Under the pieces are notes generated by a model, which was not told where the DNA came from, ran no database searches, and worked only from the letters and a program-made list of their open reading frames with translations. 64,000 nt of DNA from Gammaproteobacteria bacterium. Lineage in GTDB: Bacteria > Pseudomonadota > Gammaproteobacteria > GRL18. Positions 60,930 to 64,000 of this stretch are shown piece by piece. Positions within the stretch are counted from its first letter, which is position 1; every line of letters starts with the position of its first letter. Location of the stretch: assembly GCA_026196615.1 (NCBI GenBank), contig JAPHSW010000144.1, positions 23,987 to 87,986 of the forward strand, read 5' to 3'. Both the position numbers and the translations under genes were made by a program.

Positions 60930-61511
60930 ATGGGGGAACGCATCCCGCAAAGAATCGATTATCATCGATATACTGAACAGGGGGTTGTGCTTGATGGTTT
61001 TATATCCCTTTCTGAATCCATTAAAGATTTACCCAGGCTGAATAATGCGATAATAGAAAATGCAGGTGATATTAATTATCATCTGGAATTTGATACTGAT
61101 ATTTTAGGTAATCGATTTGTTACAGGTCAGGTTGAAGGACAAGTTGTTTTGCAATGCCAACGTTGTATGGACAATTATACCGTAGACTTAAATTGTAATA
61201 TTTCTATTGCTTTTGTAAAAAATGAACTTGAACAAACTCAAGCTGAAGAATCAAATTATGATGTTTTTTGGCTGGAAAAAAAAGAACTTTTTGATCCAAG
61301 AGTTTTACTTGAAGATGAACTGTTATTAGCCTTGCCGCAAATACCTATGCATCTTGAATCGCAAATTGGTGAAGAGTGTGATGTTCACGTCGAGTTTTTA
61401 GGTGAAACAGACGATAGCAGTATTATAGATAATACCACTGAAGCATTAAATAATTCTGAGCAGAATGATAAAGATAATCCTTTTGCCATTTTGAAACAGT
61501 TGAAAAAATAA
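60930..61511 (+). CDS. yceD: YceD (DUF177) ribosome-maturation protein
   Basis: 'LQCQRCMDNY' and 'EDELLLALPQIPMH', upstream of rpmF as in most bacteria. Confidence 0.85.
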   Translation: MGERIPQRIDYHRYTEQGVVLDGFISLSESIKDLPRLNNAIIENAGDINYHLEFDTDILGNRFVTGQVEGQVVLQCQRCMDNYTVDLNCNISIAFVKNELEQTQAEESNYDVFWLEKKELFDPRVLLEDELLLALPQIPMHLESQIGEECDVHVEFLGETDDSSIIDNTTEALNNSEQNDKDNPFAILKQLKK

Positions 61512-61650
61512 TTTTTACTATATTTCTTATGCTGAATATTTAAATCAACATAATAAATATAGAAATGTATATACCTTATTCATAATGAATGAAAAGAAAA
61601 TTTTGTAATTATTAATTACTTTTGTAATATCGAGTAAAAAGGAAAATCTA

Positions 61651-61821
61651 ATGGCCGTTCAAAAAAACAAATGTACTCCAGCTCGTCGTGGCATGCGTCG
61701 TTCACACGATTCTTTGAGTGCACCTACCTTATCAATTGATCCAACTAGTGGTGAAACACATCGTCGTCACCATATTACTGCTGATGGTTATTACAAAGGC
61801 CGTAAAGTTCTAGGAAAATAA
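61651..61821 (+). CDS. rpmF: 50S ribosomal protein L32
   Basis: This 56-aa ORF is not in the track (<60 aa): '[22 protein letters not shown]...[20 protein letters not shown]'. A GGAAAA/AAAGGA Shine-Dalgarno lies upstream. Confidence 0.92.
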   Translation: MAVQKNKCTPARRGMRRSHDSLSAPTLSIDPTSGETHRRHHITADGYYKGRKVLGK

Positions 61822-61945
61822 TCTACAAATTATTTTTAGAAAGTCTGAACACTGCTAAATACAATCTAATTGTAAAGTTATCTTTAATTTAGCTGCTTAG
61901 ACTTTAATACGGATTAATCATTAAATTGATTTTCTAAATTAAAGC

Positions 61946-61978
61946 AAAGCCTCAGAATATCCTGAGGCTTTGTTTTTT
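61946..61978 (+). terminator. Rho-independent terminator after rpmF
   Basis: AAAGCCTCAG (61946-61955), loop AATATC, CTGAGGCTTT (61962-61971), followed by GTTTTTT. Confidence 0.7.
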
Positions 61979-61992
61979 GGTGCTATGGAAAA

Positions 61993-63030
61993 ATGATAAA
62001 TAACTTGCATAACAGCAAAATAGCTATTGATGCGATGGGTGGTGATGTAGGATTAGATGTTACTGTACCTGCAGCAATTGAAATCCTCAAAAAATACAGT
62101 CAATTACATATTATTTTAGTGGGCGATGAAGTTGCAATAGACGAACAGCTTAAAAATTGTTCAGATACTATTCGAAAACAAATTACTGTTCAGCACGCAT
62201 CACAAGTTGTAGGGATGGATGAAAAACCTGCATCAGCTTTACGAGGTAAAAAAGATTCCTCTATGCGGGTTGCTATTAATCTGGTTAAGTCAGGTGATGC
62301 AGATGCTTGCATTAGTGCTGGTAATACAGGAGCATTAATGGCCACAGCACGTTTTGTGCTAAAAACCTTGCCTGGAATTGATAGACCTGCAATTTGTTCA
62401 GCTATTCCAACACAAACTGGTCATACTCATATGTTGGATCTCGGTGCAAATGTTGATTTGTCTGCACAGCACTTATTTGAATTTGCCGTTATGGGGTCAG
62501 TTTTAACGAGTGCTATTGATAATATTGAAAAACCTAGTATCGGTTTGTTGAATATTGGTCAGGAAGCAATGAAGGGTAATGAACAGGTTCAACAAGCTGC
62601 AAACCTTATTGCAAATAGTTCTTTGAACTATCACGGCTTTATCGAAGGTGATGATATTAATAAAGGGGTTGTAGATGTTGTTGTAGCTGATGGATTTGTT
62701 GGAAATATTTCTTTAAAAACAACGGAAGGTGTTGCAAAAATGATCGTTTACTATATTAAACGTGAATTTAACCGCAACCTACTTACCAAATTAGCTGGTT
62801 TGATTGCAATGCCAGTATTAAATGCGTTTAAAAGTAAGGTTGATCCTAGAAAATATAATGGTGCAAGCCTGGTGGGTTTAAAAGGAATTGTAGTCAAAAG
62901 TCATGGCGGTGCTGACATTTTTTCATTTAGCAATGCGATAAAAGTTGCAATGCTTGAGGTGGAAAATAAAGTACCTCAAAGAATCAGTAAAGTGCTGGAA
63001 GAAACACTTGTAGAAAAAACAAAACACTAA
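61993..63030 (+). CDS. plsX: Phosphate acyltransferase PlsX
   Basis: 'IAIDAMGGD', '[10 protein letters not shown]' and 'VVKSHG'. Confidence 0.93.
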   Translation: MINNLHNSKIAIDAMGGDVGLDVTVPAAIEILKKYSQLHIILVGDEVAIDEQLKNCSDTIRKQITVQHASQVVGMDEKPASALRGKKDSSMRVAINLVKSGDADACISAGNTGALMATARFVLKTLPGIDRPAICSAIPTQTGHTHMLDLGANVDLSAQHLFEFAVMGSVLTSAIDNIEKPSIGLLNIGQEAMKGNEQVQQAANLIANSSLNYHGFIEGDDINKGVVDVVVADGFVGNISLKTTEGVAKMIVYYIKREFNRNLLTKLAGLIAMPVLNAFKSKVDPRKYNGASLVGLKGIVVKSHGGADIFSFSNAIKVAMLEVENKVPQRISKVLEETLVEKTKH

Positions 63031-63056
63031 AAATCTTAGTTTTTAGTGTTTTTCAT
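63021..63056 (+). terminator. Rho-independent terminator overlapping the plsX stop codon
   Basis: A perfect 13-bp stem, AAAACACTAAAAA (63021-63033) with TTTTTAGTGTTTT (63040-63052), with a 6-nt loop and T-rich 3' flank. Confidence 0.6.
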
Positions 63057-63122
63057 TTTGCTCTTAAGTAGCTTACAAAATGGCAAATTATAAGTAAAAA
63101 TTCAAAGAAATAACGGTATTTG

Positions 63123-63131
63123 TGCTACAAT
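63123..63131 (+). promoter_or_regulatory. Candidate extended -10 promoter for fabH
   Basis: TGcTACAAT (TGn + TACAAT) lies about 60 nt upstream of the fabH ATG. Confidence 0.3.
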
Positions 63132-63189
63132 TTGAATTTTTAAAATTTGTTTTATTTTTTTATTTTTAAAGAAAGGACAATCTTTATAG

Positions 63190-64000
63190 ATGTTTTCTCG
63201 TATTATGTCTACTGGTGGTTATCTGCCAGACAAAGTGTTAACAAATCATGATTTGGAAGAAATTGTTGATACTACTGATCAATGGATAACGGAACGTACT
63301 GGTATCAAACAGCGTCATATTGTTGCTGAGAATCAGACGACGTGTGATCTTGCTGAGTATGCTGCTAGAAATGCTATTGAAGCAGCTGATATCGACCCCC
63401 AATCAATAGATCTAATTATTGTTGCAACCACAACCCCTGATAGAATTTTCCCCAGTACTGCCTGTTTATTACAACAACGCCTGGATATTCATGGGTGTCC
63501 AGCTTTTGATGTCCAAGCTGTTTGCACTGGTTTTGTTTATGCACTTGATATTGCAGATAAATACGTTAAAACGGGTGCAGCAAAACGTGCGTTGGTTGTT
63601 GGTGCAGAAACATTATCACGGATTGTAGACTGGACAGATCGTTCAACTTGTGTGTTATTTGCAGATGGTGCGGGTGCTGTAATTCTTGAAGCAAGTGAAG
63701 AGCCAGGTATACTTTCAACACATATTCATGCAGATGGCAGTTATGCTGAACTATTAAATACCAATGGTGGTATTTCTGATATAAATCCTGATGGCCTGGA
63801 TTCTGTTCATATCGAAATGAAAGGTAATGAAGTTTTTAAAGTCGCAGTGAATACTTTAGGCCGAATTGTTGATGAAACTCTTGCTGCTAATAATATGGAA
63901 AAATCGGATATAGATTGGCTCGTTCCTCACCAGGCAAACATTCGTATTATAAATGCGACAGCAAGAAAATTAAAAATGTCGACTGATCATGTTGTAACAA
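63190..64000 (+). CDS. fabH: 3-oxoacyl-ACP synthase III (FabH), truncated by the window end
   Basis: Hand translation from ATG 63190 gives '[43 protein letters not shown]...[15 protein letters not shown]...[11 protein letters not shown]'. The frame is open to the last base, so it is absent from the ORF track. Confidence 0.9.
   Translation, partial: MFSRIMSTGGYLPDKVLTNHDLEEIVDTTDQWITERTGIKQRHIVAENQTTCDLAEYAARNAIEAADIDPQSIDLIIVATTTPDRIFPSTACLLQQRLDIHGCPAFDVQAVCTGFVYALDIADKYVKTGAAKRALVVGAETLSRIVDWTDRSTCVLFADGAGAVILEASEEPGILSTHIHADGSYAELLNTNGGISDINPDGLDSVHIEMKGNEVFKVAVNTLGRIVDETLAANNMEKSDIDWLVPHQANIRIINATARKLKMSTDHVVT

Noticed and set aside
63419-63628. A 69-aa plus-strand ORF is listed in the track.
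   Set aside because: It is out of frame inside fabH. The fabH frame from 63190 carries the KAS III catalytic motifs and is open to the window end.

Overview
This is an AT-rich, densely coding chromosomal segment. G+C looks like roughly one third by eye; I did not compute it. Gene order is classically gammaproteobacterial: lolA-rarA...serS-recJ, prfB-lysS, ygfZ/sdhE-ygfX, nadB/rpoE-rseABC-lepA-lepB-rnc-era-recO-pdxJ, and yceD-rpmF-plsX-fabH. I recognised no rRNA, tRNA, CRISPR array, transposase or integrase. Three accessory blocks interrupt the housekeeping backbone. (1) 1-7.2 kb holds the 3' end of a giant Cys/Trp-free repeat exoprotein, a SapC-family gene, and the T6SS genes tssA-tssB-tssC. 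This block ends abruptly at lolA. (2) 18.6-27.5 kb is a same-strand run of six genes that all encode exported proteins: a caspase-PEGA-FGE-domain fusion, a CsgG-like module protein, a protein carrying that module in triplicate, an SH3b/TPR protein, a YcfL-like lipoprotein and an LpoB-like lipoprotein. I rate this the best candidate for an undescribed cell-envelope system. (3) 43.7-57.3 kb starts with a 1.1-kb ORF-free AT-rich region containing a 19-codon hydrophobic mini-ORF and a small GC-rich foldable patch. It continues with a complete gspC-M type II secretion operon that carries two extra genes, a membrane-anchored TPR/retropepsin-like protease and a Sel1/SPOR lipoprotein. Other notable items are a BacNav-type voltage-gated channel whose pore reads TFEDWTD (calcium-type acidic filter), a CheZ-like orphan gene between recJ and prfB, the canonical prfB +1 frameshift, a duplicated GGA-containing motif in the tssB leader, and a two-subunit pyruvate carboxylase. 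All functional calls rest on reading motifs in the supplied translations. No database search was run.
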